Shown here one piece after another: positions 38,150 through 50,580 of a DNA stretch of 64,000 bases. The position numbers and the translations under genes are program-made. The notes beneath the pieces are model-generated. The model was given only the letters and a program-made list of their open reading frames with translations. It was not told the origin of the DNA and did not search any database. How positions within the stretch are numbered: position 1 is the first letter of the stretch; the number at the start of each line of letters is the position of its first letter. Source of the stretch: Macrostomum lignano. Taxonomy: Eukaryota. Location of the stretch: positions 124,001 to 188,000 of the forward strand of contig NIVC01001992.1 of NCBI GenBank assembly GCA_002269645.1. The letters run 5' to 3'.

Positions 38150-38950
38150 CTATCCGCATGCCGTGTCCTTCAGCGAGTTCCGCTACCCCATCCGTGTCCT
38201 TTAGCGAGTTCCGCTACCCCATGCCGTGTCCTTTAGCGAGTTCCGCTACCCCATGCCGTGTCCTTTAGCGAGTTCCGCTACCCCATGCCGTGTCCTTCAG
38301 CGAGTTCCGCTACCCCATGCCGTGTCCTTCAGCGAGTTCCGCTACCCCATGCCGTGTCCTTCAGCGAGTTCCGCTACCCCATGCCGTGTCCTTTAGCGAG
38401 TTCCGCTACCCCATGCCGTGTCCTTCAGCGAGTCACGACTATCCCATGCCGTGTCCTTCAGCGAGTTCCGCTACCCCATGCCGTGTCCTTTAGCGAGTTC
38501 CGCTACCCCATGCCGTGTCCTTTAGCGAGTTCCGCTACCCCATGCCGTGTCCTTCAGCGAGTTCCGCTACCCCATGCCGTGTCCTGCAGCAAGTTCCGCT
38601 ACCCCATGCCGTGTCCTTCAGCGAGTTCCGCTACCCCATGCCGTGTCCTTCAGCAAGTTCCGCTACCCCATGCCGTGTCCTTTAGCGAGTTCCGCTACCC
38701 CATGCCGTGTCCTTCAGCGAGTTCCGCTACCCCATGCCGTGTCCTTCAGCGAGTTCCGCTACCCCATGCCGTGTCCTTCAGCGAGTTCCGCTACCCCATG
38801 CCGTGTCCTTCAGCAAGTTCCGCTACCCCATGCCGTGTCCTTCAGCGAGTTCCGCTACCCCATGCCGTGTCCTTTAGCGAGTCACGACTATCCCATGCCG
38901 TGTCCTTCACAGTCACCACTACCCCATGCCGTGTCCTTCAGAGAGTCACC
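38150..38950. repeat. 32-bp minisatellite CCCCATGCCGTGTCCTTCAGCGAGTTCCGCTA, about 25 copies
   Basis: Seen directly. Confidence 0.97.
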
Positions 38951-39634
38951 ACTACCTCATTTTGTGTCGTTCGATGGAGGCCACACCTGAAGAAGAAATG
39001 CCTTTCTAGTTATTTAAAGTCGAAATAATAAAATTCTTAAATTTTATAATTTTCACCAGTTAAACTTATAACAAATGGTCTGGAAATTCGGCATATCGTT
39101 TATCAAGATTCGATAGTTACAGGAACTATTAATACGCTGAGCAAGTCTGAGCAAAAAACGCAAAAGTACAGACAAAAACAAAATGGAGTACAGCTTAAAT
39201 GATTAATATTATCTAGGCTTGAGGCGAAGAAGAACGAATCGAAATAGGTCATACAAGGTGACTATCTCTGTGAAACAGACTGGAGATAACGAATCAAACT
39301 TATCTCTCCCGTTTTGAAGAATAGTCTTGGCGCTTCAAATTTATAAATAAACAAAAAAAGTTTGTTGACTCTCTTCGCAGATGATTGATGCAAGAGTCTG
39401 TCACTCTACTAGAAGTAACATGAATGGCATCGGTCTCTTGAAACTCGCGGCGAGATGCGAGACTGGCGGATGCTTGATTACAGATAACAGATTACAGATT
39501 ACAGATTACAGAAATTTTAAGAAATATTAATTAAAAGCATGCATTTAATAAATTTTTTTGATTAATTTCACAGTGCAAAGGCTAAGCAGAATGAATTACT
39601 AAACACACTATTCAAGAAAAACTATACATCGCCC

Positions 39635-41570
39635 CCATTTTAACTTTTGTGTGTGCCGCTGCCCTCCATTTAGCTTCAGTGTGTGCCGCTGCCCTCCATT
39701 TAACTTCAGTGGGTGCCGCTGCCCCCCCTTTTAACTTCAGTGTGTGCCGCTGCCCCCCCTTTTAACTTCAGTGTGTGCCGCTGCTCCCCATTTTAACTTC
39801 AGTGGGTGCCGCTGCCCCCCCTTTTAACTTCAGTGTGTGCCGCTGCCCCCCCTTTTAACTTCAGTGTGTGCCGCTGCTCCCCATTTTAACTTCAGTGTGT
39901 GCCGCTGCTCCCCATTTTAACTTCAGTGTGTGCCGCTGCCCCCCCCTTTTAACTTCAGTGTGTGCCGCTGCTCCCCATTTTAACTTCAGTGTGTGCCGCT
40001 GCTCCCCATTTTAACTTCAGTGGGTGCCGCTGCCCACTCCATTTTAACTTCAGTGTGTGCCGCTGCCCCCCCTTTTAACTTCAGTGTGTGCCGCTGCTCC
40101 CCATTTTAACTTCAGTGTGTGCCGCTGCCCCCCCTTTTAACTTCAGTGTGTGCCGCTGCCCCCCCTTTTAACTTCAGTGTGTGCCGCTGCTCCCCATTTT
40201 AACTTCAGTGTGTGCCGCTGCTCCCCATTTTAACTTCAGTGTGTGCCGCTGCCCCCCCCCTTTTAACTTCAGTGTGTGCCGCTGCTCCCCATTTTAACTT
40301 CAGTGTGTGCCGCTGCTCCCCATTTTAACTTCAGTGGGTGCCGCTGCCCACTCCATTTTAACTTCAGTGTGTGCCGCTGCCCCCCCTTTTAACTTCAGTG
40401 TGTGCCGCTGCTCCCCATTTTAACTTCAGTGTGTGCCGCTGCTCCCCATTTTAACTTCAGTGTGTGCCGCTGCCCCCCCTTTTAACTTCAGTGTGTGCCG
40501 CTGCTCCCCATTTTAACTTCAGTGTGTGCCGCTGCTCCCCATTTTAACTTCAGTGGGTGCCGCTGCCCACTCCATTTTAACTTCAGTGTGTGCCGCTGCC
40601 CCCCCCCTTTTAACTTCAGTGTGTGCCGCTGCTCCCCATTTTAACTTCAGTGTGTGCCGCTGCTCCCCATTTTAACTTCAGTGTGTGCCGCTGCTCCCCA
40701 TTTTAACTTCAGTGTGTGCCGCTGCCCCCCCCTTTTAACTTCAGTGTGTGCCGCTGCTCCCCATTTTAACTTCAGTGTGTGCCGCTGCTCCCCATTTTAA
40801 CTTCAGTGGGTGCCGCTGCCCACTCCATTTTAACTTCAGTGTGTGCCGCTGCCCCCCTTTTAACTTCAGTGTGTGCCGCTGCTCCCCATTTTAACTTCAG
40901 TGTGTGCCGCTGCTCCCCATTTTAACTTCAGTGTGTGCCGCTGCCCCCCCTTTTAACTTCAGTGTGTGCCGCTGCTCCCCATTTTAACTTCAGTGTGTGC
41001 CGCTGCTCCCCATTTTAACTTCAGTGGGTGCCGCTGCCCACTCCATTTTAACTTCAGTGTGTGCCGCTGCCCCCCCCCTTTTAACTTCAGTGTGTGCCGC
41101 TGCTCCCCATTTTAACTTCAGTGTGTGCCGCTGCTCCCCATTTTAACTTCAGTGTGTGCCGCTGCCCACTCCATTTTAACTTCAGTGTGTGCCGCTGCCC
41201 CCCCCTTTTAACTTCAGTGTGTGCCGCTGCTCCCCATTTTAACTTCAGTGTGTGCCGCTGCTCCCCATTTTAACTTCAGTGTGTGCCGCTGCCCCCCCCC
41301 CATTTAACTTCAGTGTGTGCCGCTGCTCCCCATTTTAACTTCAGTGTGTGCCGCTGCCCCCCCCTTTTAACTTCAGTGTGTGCCGCTGCTCCCCATTTTA
41401 ACTTCAGTGTGTGCCGCTGCCCTCCATTTTAACTTCAGTGTGTGCCGCTGCTCCCCCCCCCCATTTTAACTTCAGTGTGTGCCGCTGCCCTCCATTTTAA
41501 CTTCAGTGTGTGCCGCTGCTCCCCATTTTAACTTCAGTGTGTGCCACTGCCCCCCTATTTTAACTTCAAT
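39635..41570. repeat. About 31-bp minisatellite CCCCATTTTAACTTCAGTGTGTGCCGCTGCT with variable C-run, about 60 copies
   Basis: Seen directly. Confidence 0.97.
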
Positions 41571-41856
41571 GTCTGCTGATTTTGTAATCTAATTATAACA
41601 AAATATTTTTAGAGACAAATATAAAAATATTTGTTTCAGCATTTTTTAGTACGAGTATAGTATATAGCCGACTTTTTGTAGGTTTAAAGAATCGTTGTCC
41701 TCGTCATTTAAAGTGACAGAAAACCAGCACTATCTTCTCGTTTCAACGATTATGATAAACACAATGATAGATCTGTTATAGGCGCTAGTGGGAGTGCAGG
41801 AGAGGTGGCTATAATTATTAAGCAAACAAATATAAAAGTGCACGCATCTATGCACT

Positions 41857-42792
41857 TTAGCACCTGTCCATCGCCGGCGGCTGCTGCTCCGCCTCGCTGC
41901 CAACAAATTGTACAAACCGTCGTTCCGACCACGCGCTGAGGTCCTCGATGACGCCGCCGCTGCGCCACGGCAAGCAGACGGAGGCGCCCAGCCCGCAGGC
42001 TTGAAAAGCCGCTTTCAGGCCGTAGCAGATGCTGTCGGTGAAGAGGCCGCTGGGCTGCTCCTCCAGCGCTGGCGGCCGGCCGCCCAGGAGGCTGCGGGCA
42101 CGCAGGAGGCCCGCCTGCAGCAGCAGGTCCGCGTACACCTCAGCGCACAGGCAGCTGTAGGCCTCGGCCAGGCTGCGCTCGCTCTGGCGCCGTTTCTGGC
42201 GCGACCGACGCGCCGACTGGTTGTTGCGCAATCGGCGAGTCCAATAGGCGTCCGACTTTTGACTGTCCGGCACTCGACTGGCGGCTCGACGCTTCCGGCA
42301 TCTGGCAGGCGGCTGGTCATCGGCAGCGACCTCGAGCTCGATTGCCAGCGGCGCGTCCGAGCCGGTTGACGAGGTGCTCGGATAAGTGAACTGCTGCTGA
42401 CTAAGCGGCTCAGGTAAATAGTGCCGCATGTCCAGCTGCTGCTGTTGTGGCTGCTGCGGCGGCGGCGGCGGCGGCTGCTGCTCACTGAATGAGTGACATT
42501 GCGGATGAAGAAATACAGCCTGCTGCTGCTGGTGCTGCTGTTGCTGCGGCGGCGGCGGCGGCGGCTGCTGTTCACTGAACGAATGACATTGCGGATGAAA
42601 AAATACAGCCTGCTGCTGCTGCTGCTGGTACTGAGTCGGAGGCTGGCATACAGGAATCAATGTTGGCTGGATCTGAATGCTCATCGAACAGGGCAGGAGC
42701 TCCTGCTGCTGCAGCTCGAGCAGTTGCGGCGCTGTTTGCTGCTGCACTTCTGCGTAAAACAAATGATCCATTTGAGGGAGTGCACTGTGCAT
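41857..42792 (-). CDS. Intronless bZIP transcription factor, PAR/E4BP4(NFIL3)/CES-2-like, with Q/P-rich N-terminus
   Basis: Basic region VPDSQKSDAYWTRRLRNNQSARRSRQKRR matches the PAR-type K-D-x-x-YW-x-RR-x-x-NN-x-x-A-x-RSR pattern. First in-frame ATG at 42792. A roughly 30-codon internal duplication (AVFxHPQCHSFSEQQPPPPPPQQ) is present. Confidence 0.82.
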   Translation of the reverse strand: MHSALPQMDHLFYAEVQQQTAPQLLELQQQELLPCSMSIQIQPTLIPVCQPPTQYQQQQQQAVFFHPQCHSFSEQQPPPPPPQQQQHQQQQAVFLHPQCHSFSEQQPPPPPPQQPQQQQLDMRHYLPEPLSQQQFTYPSTSSTGSDAPLAIELEVAADDQPPARCRKRRAASRVPDSQKSDAYWTRRLRNNQSARRSRQKRRQSERSLAEAYSCLCAEVYADLLLQAGLLRARSLLGGRPPALEEQPSGLFTDSICYGLKAAFQACGLGASVCLPWRSGGVIEDLSAWSERRFVQFVGSEAEQQPPAMDRC

Positions 42793-43236
42793 ATAGATCA
42801 ACGCTTGCAGGATCTACTTTACTTTGCCGTGGAAACTTTTGAGTGTTGAGTTAGCTTATGCTTAATCTTCTTAAGTTGCTTCAGGTAGAAGAAGTTGTTA
42901 AAGTGGAAAAATCAGTGATGTAAGAGTAACTCACGCGAAGGACCGTTATGAATCATCCTGACAATGAGCTGCTGAAATTGTCGATCCTATCGCTAAGTTA
43001 TCGAAAAATTCAGTCCGCAAATCAATCAGAAATTTCTTCGTAGATACTATACTGGTCGTTGCCGAAACACTCACTAAAAAGATTTATTAACACCTGCTGC
43101 CGCCGATCAGCCGCTGAATCTGAGATCTGAGCGAATTACCGTGCATGGGGGGGTCGGTGAACGGGGGGGGGGTCGGAGCGCCGCGCCCCGACACAAGCCG
43201 GCGGCGGCAGAGCACCGCCCACCCCAACCTCCATCC

Positions 43237-43257
43237 AGCCAATCAGAAGCGGGGCGG
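43237..43257 (+). promoter_or_regulatory. Adjacent CCAAT box (AGCCAATCAG) and GC box (GGGGCGG) in a GC-rich island between the divergent bZIP and bHLH genes
   Basis: Motifs seen directly; function inferred from NF-Y/Sp consensus only. Confidence 0.45.
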
Positions 43258-43964
43258 AAAGTCCGCACGGCCTTCTTGGGGTGGTGGGGCAACCGTCGCT
43301 CAAAGTCAGCTGAGCTGGCGACTTTCTTATCAGGGGCGGCATTCAGCCAACGGGAATCTGGGCCCGCTTTTATGACCTAGTCTATGATTATTTCACACCT
43401 TCGTCTGGGGGCTTACCTTATAGTACACAGCGCTCAATCAGGGCTGATAATTATCTAACCAATTAACTTTGAAGCTAAATAAATAGCTACACCGTTTTAT
43501 TTATCGGATATAAATTTTACTCTATAAACTTGATTTTTTGGTTCACATTTATGACGCCAGAATCGATAGTAATAAAGGACGAGTAGAAAATTATTTGTAG
43601 CTTTTTCTTCTGATTCAATCTGCATGGCTGATTATATCCTTTATATTATTATACACAAGCGTATATGCTAATCATTGCCCGCAGCAGGTAAGAGTCCCCT
43701 AATTGATTAATTACACTTGATCAACTTGGCCCTCATCCGGAAACCGCACTGCACCGAGGGGTCAGATTGTCAAAGCCTTTACTGGATGCTTGATGTATGT
43801 ATATATAGCCTATATTCAGTAAATGCACTTCTCTGCTGGTAGTCTGTCATTCGTTTAAAAAATCCACATAACTCCAATTCATTTTTATAAAAACGAACGC
43901 TTCTTACTACATTACGAGCTAGAATTACTATATACAGTGTAAGGGAAGTTTTGTAAGAGGCAAG

Positions 43965-44465
43965 AGACCAGTCACCGCTTCTATCTTATCCTTCAGTGAC
44001 CAGTCACCGCCTCCATTTCAGCCTTCAGTGACCAGTCACCGCCTCCATTTCAGCCTTCAGTGACCAGTCACCGCCTCCATTTCAGCCTTCAGTGACCAGT
44101 CACCGCCTCCATTTCAGCCTTCAGTGACCAGTCACCGCCTCCATTTCAGCCTTCAGTGACCAGTCACCGCCTCCATTTCAGCCTTCAGTGACCAGTCACC
44201 GCCTCCATTTCAGCCTTCAGTGACCAGTCACCGCCTCCATTTCAGCCTTCAGTGACCAGTCACCGCCTCCATTTCAGCTTTCAGTGACCAGTCACCGCCT
44301 CCATTTCAGCCTTCAGTGACCAGTCACCGCCTCCATTTCAGCCTTCAGTGACCAGTCACCGCCTCCATTTCATCCTTCAGTGACCAGTCACCGCCTCCAT
44401 TTATCCTTCAGTTACCAGTCACCGCCTCCATTTATCCTTCAGTTACCAGTCACCACCTCCATTTC
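43965..44465. repeat. 32-bp minisatellite CAGTGACCAGTCACCGCCTCCATTTCAGCCTT, about 15 copies
   Basis: Seen directly. Confidence 0.96.
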
Positions 44466-44860
44466 AGTATCTTTTCCGGACTGTCATTGCTAGAACTTTT
44501 TAACTAGCGTTGACCATCAGGCAAAGGCGAAGATCAACTCTATACATTCAGGGATCTCCAATTTCAATGGACATCCAATCCAACAGCCACTAGCTATGGC
44601 ATTTTGTGAAAATGATACAGATCGTTCAGACACGTGCCATCTCCGCCAGCCTTTTAGCCAATAAAAATTGAGTGCAATCCCAGTTGCAGAGGCGGCATTC
44701 GGTGAGTAATAAACTCAAGAGCCGTTAATTGGCTGGCTTAGTTGCTTCCTTCATCTGCTCTCGAGTTTGTTTTCTGCTAAAAAGATTTCTCAGAATAACG
44801 CAGATCAGAAAGCAACAGAATTTCGACCGAAAGCAGACTTTCCAAGAAACATACGGACAG

Positions 44861-46316
44861 ATGCCAGAGCAAATGAACCAGGTGTCCGAGTTCTGTCGCA
44901 CCTGTTGCAGCGCCGGCGCCGCCGACACCCCGGCTAATCAGCAGGCGAGTTGGCGCGGTGGCGGCAAGCCGAAGCGGCAGCGGGCGATTTCTGCGGCCCA
45001 GCGAGAGGCAGCCAATGTCAGGCGAGTGCCCAGCAGATATTAATAAACGATTGACTTTATAGCACGACTGATCTCAACTTTCCATTTCCAATGTTTTAAG
45101 CTGCCTCTCCAATTCTAAAAACTCATAATTCCATGTTGCAACAGTTCCATAGGAACGCTGTCCCTCAACCATAACCATGCAGAACTATAGCAATATAGTT
45201 CCATAGCAACGCTGTTCCATAGCAACGCTGTTCCATAGCAACGCTGTTCCATAGCAACGCTGTTCCATAGCAAAGCGTACCAACACTGTTCCATAGCAAC
45301 GCAGTATAATAGCAACACTGTTCCATAGCAACGCAGTATAATAGCAACACTGTTCCATAGCAACGCAGTATAATAGCAACACTGTTCCATAGCAACGCAG
45401 TATAATAGCAACACTGTTCCATAACAACGCAGTATAATACCAACACTGTTCCATAGCAACGCAGTATAATAGCAACACTGTTCCATAGCAACGCAGTATC
45501 ATAGCAACGCCGTTCCATAGCAACGTTGTTCCATAGCAACGCAGCTACGAGCGTACATAACAACGCAGCATAATAGCAACGCTGTTCCATAACAACGCAG
45601 TTACATAGTAACGCTGTTCCATAGCAACGCAGCCAGCGACAATGCTCCTTAAAATTCCTTTCAGGGAGCGACGTCGCATGCGTTGCCTCAACCGGGCCTT
45701 TGACGCGCTGCGCAGCAAACTGCAGTCGAGCATCGGGCGCGGCCTAAAGAAGCTCCGACGACCAGCTTCTCGCGTTGAGACACTTCACCTAGCTGCTGGA
45801 TACATCCGGTTTATGACGCATCTGTTGCAGTCTGGCGACCAAATGAAACCCGGTTTTATGCCCAGCACTGCTTCCGACACTTCCAGTTGTATTTCCGGCT
45901 CCGGGATCACTTCCGGTTCAGGTTCCGGCTTTATTTCTGATTCAGGTTCTGGATTCGTTACCGGTTCAGGTTCCGGCTTCACTTCCGGTTCAGGTACCGG
46001 ATTCACTTCCGGTTCAGGTTCCGGATTCGTTTCCGGTTCAGGTTCCGGCTTCACTTCCGTTTCACGTTCCGGCTTTGTTACCGGTTCAGGTTTCAGCTTC
46101 ACTTCCGGTTCAGGTTCCGGTTTCATTTCCTGTTGTACTTCGGATTCAGATGCGGAAGTTGCAGCCGGTATTAAGAATCTCGCGGCAGCCGAAACTTCGA
46201 CTCGACTGTCATCGGTTGAGGGACTGGAAAGAAGCAAAAGACTGCCAATAATTGTCTGCTTTTGCTACCGCTGCCAATGCTGTTGCACAAAAACTGGCAC
46301 AGAACGTTTGGGGTGA
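44861..46316 (+). CDS. Class A bHLH transcription factor, PTF1a/Fer3-like; exons (44861)-45021 and 45665-46316, GC-AG intron
   Basis: Spliced product reads [24 protein letters not shown]...[20 protein letters not shown]. This needs donor AG|GCGAGT at 45021/45022 and acceptor TTCCTTTCAG|G at 45664/45665. The start codon is uncertain (first ATG 44861; frame open from 44729). Confidence 0.85.
45185..45635. repeat. 16-bp minisatellite GCAACGCTGTTCCATA evolving into a 32-bp dimer, inside the bHLH intron
   Basis: Seen directly. Confidence 0.93.
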
Positions 46317-46789
46317 CTCGAATAAGCAGGAATAGTAATATTGCATGATTTTCAAGTTTCGAAGACATGCAGGGAAACTCCCTTGCACGATTTGTCCATC
46401 CCCAAATCCCCATTTATTCCCCAGATTAATTTCCCGAAATGTCCCTTTTCGTCATTGCTGCTGAGATTACCCGTTAATGAAAGCTTCATGCCCTGAGTGC
46501 CGCACTTTTCAATGCCACAGCAACAAGTAAATATGAATGCAGAATAATAATTCTAAATACATGTCTACAATGGTAATTTTTGCGTTATTTTTGTTATTCC
46601 CGATATTTATTGGCAAATTATAAATAGTTTAAACTGTAATACGAGTTTAAACTTGTATAATACTCGTATAATAAACTCGTTATACTCGTACATTACAAGT
46701 ATGCTGATACGAGCCAATACTTCTGCATAAACAGAATCATACGTTATTGGTTGTCTCATTTGATGATAAGTGCTTAGACAGTTAAGATT

Positions 46790-47270
46790 AAAGACAGTTT
46801 GCGTTATAGACAGTTTGGATCATGGACATTTTAGTTTATAGACAGTTTATGTCGTGGACATTTTAGATTATAGACAGTTTGGATCATGGAGATTTTAGAC
46901 TATAGACAGTTTGGATCATGGACATTTTAGATTATAGACAGTTTGGATCATGGACATTTTAGATTATAGACAGTTTAGGTCATGGAGAGTTTAGAGTGAT
47001 CGACATTTTGGGTCATAAAAGTTTTTGGTCATGCAGTTTGGTTCGTTGACAGTTTGGGTCATGGACAATTTGGGTCCTGGACGCTTTAGATCATGGACAC
47101 TTTAAGTCATGGATATATTTTGGATCATTGGCAGTTTGGATCATTATACAGTTCAGGTAATGGGCATTTTAGGTCTTAGACGGTTTAAGTCATAGATAAT
47201 TTTGCTCATAGACGGTTTGAGTCATGGGCAGTTTGTGTCATAAACTTTTTTGGGTCATAGTTATTCTTAG
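46790..47270. repeat. Degenerate 16/32-bp minisatellite (GACATTTTAGATTATA + GACAGTTTGGATCATG)
   Basis: Seen directly; decays toward the right. Confidence 0.85.
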
Positions 47271-47459
47271 ACAGATCATTGTGAGTATACTCGTAGTTTT
47301 AGGTTAAAGGTAGTTTAGCTCGTGGTCAGTAAATTTTAGGACTTATAAACTTTAGTTCATAGTCTGCTTGTTTAAGTCATAAGAGTAGACTGTCTCATAA
47401 ACAAGTTCAATAATCATATTTTTGAAATGACACACTGTACTTTTATTAGTACCAGTGTT

Positions 47460-47460
<1 letters not shown>

Positions 47461-47506
<46 letters not shown>
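47461..47506. repeat. (CT)n microsatellite
   Basis: Seen directly. Confidence 0.95.
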
Positions 47507-47509
<3 letters not shown>

Positions 47510-47855
47510 CAAGGACCGCTGTTAGTCAAAGTCTACATGTATTGGAAACCACGCGGCGGCAACAAGAAATTTCACAAAAACTTCAGGTGAGTGCAGCACA
47601 GTTTGCGAGCGCATAAATGGTTGTTAGGTCGCTTCCGAACTTTTGAAATATAAAATGTTCATTTCCAGTCTAGCTGGTCACTTTCGCTGGCTCAAAAATA
47701 CGCTATTCTTTATGAACTTTTTTGTTTGAGCCGTCTTGACCTTACAAAACGCCCAGGGTACTTTTAGGCTTCAGTCCACACATTATTATTAAGTGGTCCC
47801 TGGCCAGTGGAGGTGGCCCAGTTTCTGGCCGGCAGAGACCAAACAGCCACCTAAC

Positions 47856-47952
47856 GGCCCGCCGCTAGCGGAGCCCATCCCACGCTAAAAATAGCCCGTT
47901 AACGGGACCCAGCCCACGGTGGGATGGGCTCCCTTAGCGGGGGCCAGCCCAC
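47856..47952 (+). mobile_element. About 100-bp hairpin-forming dispersed element (copy 1)
   Basis: 14-bp perfect stem GGAGCCCATCCCAC (47870-47883) / GTGGGATGGGCTCC (47919-47932); an inverted copy lies at 60999-61095. Confidence 0.65.
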
Positions 47953-49145
47953 GAGCGGAGAGCGGAGAGGGAGAGGTGGGGTGGGTGTGGGGTGAGTGTG
48001 GAACGCTAGTGCGCACTAGCGTACTAGCACTGTACTAGCAATGAAGCTAGCTGAAAACACTGCACATCCGTGACTCATTTCTCGTATATTAATGTATGCT
48101 GGATGAAGACGGCTCTTTGTCTTTCCTCTCTCCCAAAATTAAAAAACTCCCAGAACGCATTTCGTTTTAAGCTGCAAGGAATTGTATTCTTTAAATAAAC
48201 GCGTTTCATTCAACGTATAGTTTCTACTTTTTAATGCATATCATTTATTAACCTATTTGACCCAGTTGAATCTCTAAGATCTTGAGATTTATTCTTAATA
48301 CGCTCGTAAGGCTTTCATTGTTTCTTTATTCCAAAGGTAAGCAAACGTACGTTGGTTCTTAATTTGCATTGTACTCATTGTATTTTCTTTTATGTCTAGC
48401 TTATAATTGCAATATGCTAGGAATCTTATATTCTTCTATAATGTTAAAGGTGGAAATTTGGTCAAAGAAAAATAGTACAGGCGCAAGAAGTGAGGACGAC
48501 TAGCCATCCATTTTCGTTTTGAACGTAAAAGATTCTGAAAAACAAACTTAGCAAAGTTAGGTACCAAGCGAGTTATTCTAAAATTGATAGACAGGCTAAT
48601 TTCCTAATTCGCAGAATCGCTGAGTCCCAGTTTTCTAATTTCTATAGATTGGACTTGTCCTTTAGAAGTTATCTTTATTTTCAGAATACTCGTATACTGC
48701 ATCCGTTTGTAAATATTATGTCAAAAAAGGCAGAAAAATTTTGAATTTCCTCGCAAAGTTAAAACAAATTTGGAATTTGAACAAAATTTAAATTCACGCG
48801 GATATTCAAAATCTCACGTTCGTTAAATTCTGGCAATCTGGCGCCCCCTTTGGCACTTCATTGGCCCTGAAATACTTGAATTGTGGTTGCTGTATGATCT
48901 TATTTCCTTTTCTAGTTTAGGAAGTCAAATAAAGAGTAAAGTAGTCAAATAAATTGATCTTATGCTGGAGTACAATGAGATACTGAATGTTAGCATTTTA
49001 AGCAAAGCGATAATATTGTTTGGGATTCTATTTACATTAGAGCAGTATCACCCTTCGATACATATCGGCTGTTTTGTGATTTTAATTTACAGTTGCTCAG
49101 GCTCAAGTTGCACTAAAGTCGCAATCCGCCGCAATCAACCCGCAG

Positions 49146-50102
49146 GTGACAGAATCCGCTGCCAGCAGACCTCATGGCTGGCTAGCCGTGGTTTGGCTAC
49201 TCGGGATGCAGTTCACCTCCCCGACTGAGCGAGGCCATCGCTGATTTTGTCCGCTAAGATGGCGTTCCGCGACGATGGCCGGCCGGCGGCCACGTTCTGA
49301 TGCTTGGCGGCGCCGCCTAGTGAGTTATTGCATCCCACCACAACAGATAAGCACATTCCATCCATAATTGACTCGTCTAAAACAAATAGCCCCAGTCGGA
49401 ATCCATAAATCCTTATCTGATTACAACTGTATCGTAAATTCTGAATTGTACTTCTGAATTGTACTTCTGAATTGTACTTCTGAATTGTACTTCTGAATTA
49501 ACACCCCTCGTAAATTTAATTACGAGGTACTTCGAGTATAAAAGTTCAGTAAAACAGAAATACTGAAGTAACTGACTAAAAATGACACTTTTAAAATCTT
49601 TCGCAACAGCTGTAGCCAGGGGCGCGGATTTAGGGGTCCGGTGGGAGCGCCACTCCTCTCAGCGCTCCCTAGGAACTTTTATTACCTGGATACCTAGGTA
49701 CTTCTTCCTAGGTACTAGAATTTACCTTGGCTAGTAATCAACATACTGTGATTTACTTTGCTAAAATTCTACAGTTTTTGACGCTGGGCCGTTAAATCAT
49801 TGATGAAACAAGTTACAACCTTATAAACTGTAAATTAATATCACAAAACAGCCGACATGTATCGAAGCAACGAAACTAATCAGTCAAAAACACATTTTGC
49901 ACTCTCATTCAGATTCTGCCCGATCGCTACGAGGGCTTCCAGCGCGCTCTGCCGTTGCCGGAGTGCGGGCGAGATTGCCGCCTGGCCACTCGGCTGCCGG
50001 CATTCTTTGTCCAGCCGGACCTGGAGCCCAGGATGTACAACGCTTATGGCCTGGCCGCTGCGATGTCATAGGGGCACCACAAACCTGCACCTGGATATCG
50101 CC
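49146..50102 (+). pseudogene. KDM3: Frameshifted relic of a KDM3/JMJD1 (JmjC H3K9 demethylase) gene: two exon fragments, about 49146-49319 and 49913-50102
   Basis: After acceptor CTCTCATTCAG| at 49912: [17 protein letters not shown]...[23 protein letters not shown], then +1 frame GTTNLHLDIA, matching the KDM3 motif MPSRF...PLPEY...LASRLP.FFVRPDLGPKMYNAYG...GTTNLHLD. The upstream fragment reads PHGWL...FRD(x)WPAGGHVL..GG, resembling KDM3 PH.WL...FRECWKQGQPVLVSG, and ends at a GTGAGT donor (49320). Confidence 0.75.
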
Positions 50103-50527
50103 TGGATACCTGGATACTTTGGTCACCATAGCAACATTAATAGAAAATGAGAAGCAGATGAATGTTTATTTAAAACCAGTTTGATTATTGTTATCACAGA
50201 TTAGACTATGAAACACCCGATGGCCGATATGATACGAACAAAGTTTTGTTATTTTTCAGTTTTAACTGCTCCTGTCTTTTCGTGGTTCATATTTTCAGAA
50301 TTTAACTAGCAATCAGCGCCCCCCTTGGGGAGCCAAAAAAATGCAGTACAAGTTTTTTTAATAAACTACATGTAGATTGTAGTGTCTCTTTGCAATAACC
50401 TCAGCAATCGCTTGTAAGCGTTGACATCTCAGCAATTCCTCCCCCCACAAGTCTTAAAATATCAAACTCCGCCCTTGACATCTGAGCGATGACCCCCATA
50501 AGCCTTGAAATCCTAAAAAATCTGTCA

Positions 50528-50580
50528 ACCCTAACCCTAAGCCTAACCCTAACCCTAACCCTAGCCCTAACTAACCCTAA
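50528..50580. repeat. Short interstitial (CCCTAA)n telomere-type repeat, about 8 imperfect units
   Basis: Seen directly. Confidence 0.8.

Noticed and set aside
38258-39028. 256-aa Cys/Pro-rich ORF
   Set aside because: Translation of the 32-bp satellite cycling through frames.
39240-39511. LINE 3' end with (GATTACA)4 tail
   Set aside because: The tail is visible but I could not recover RT motifs upstream.
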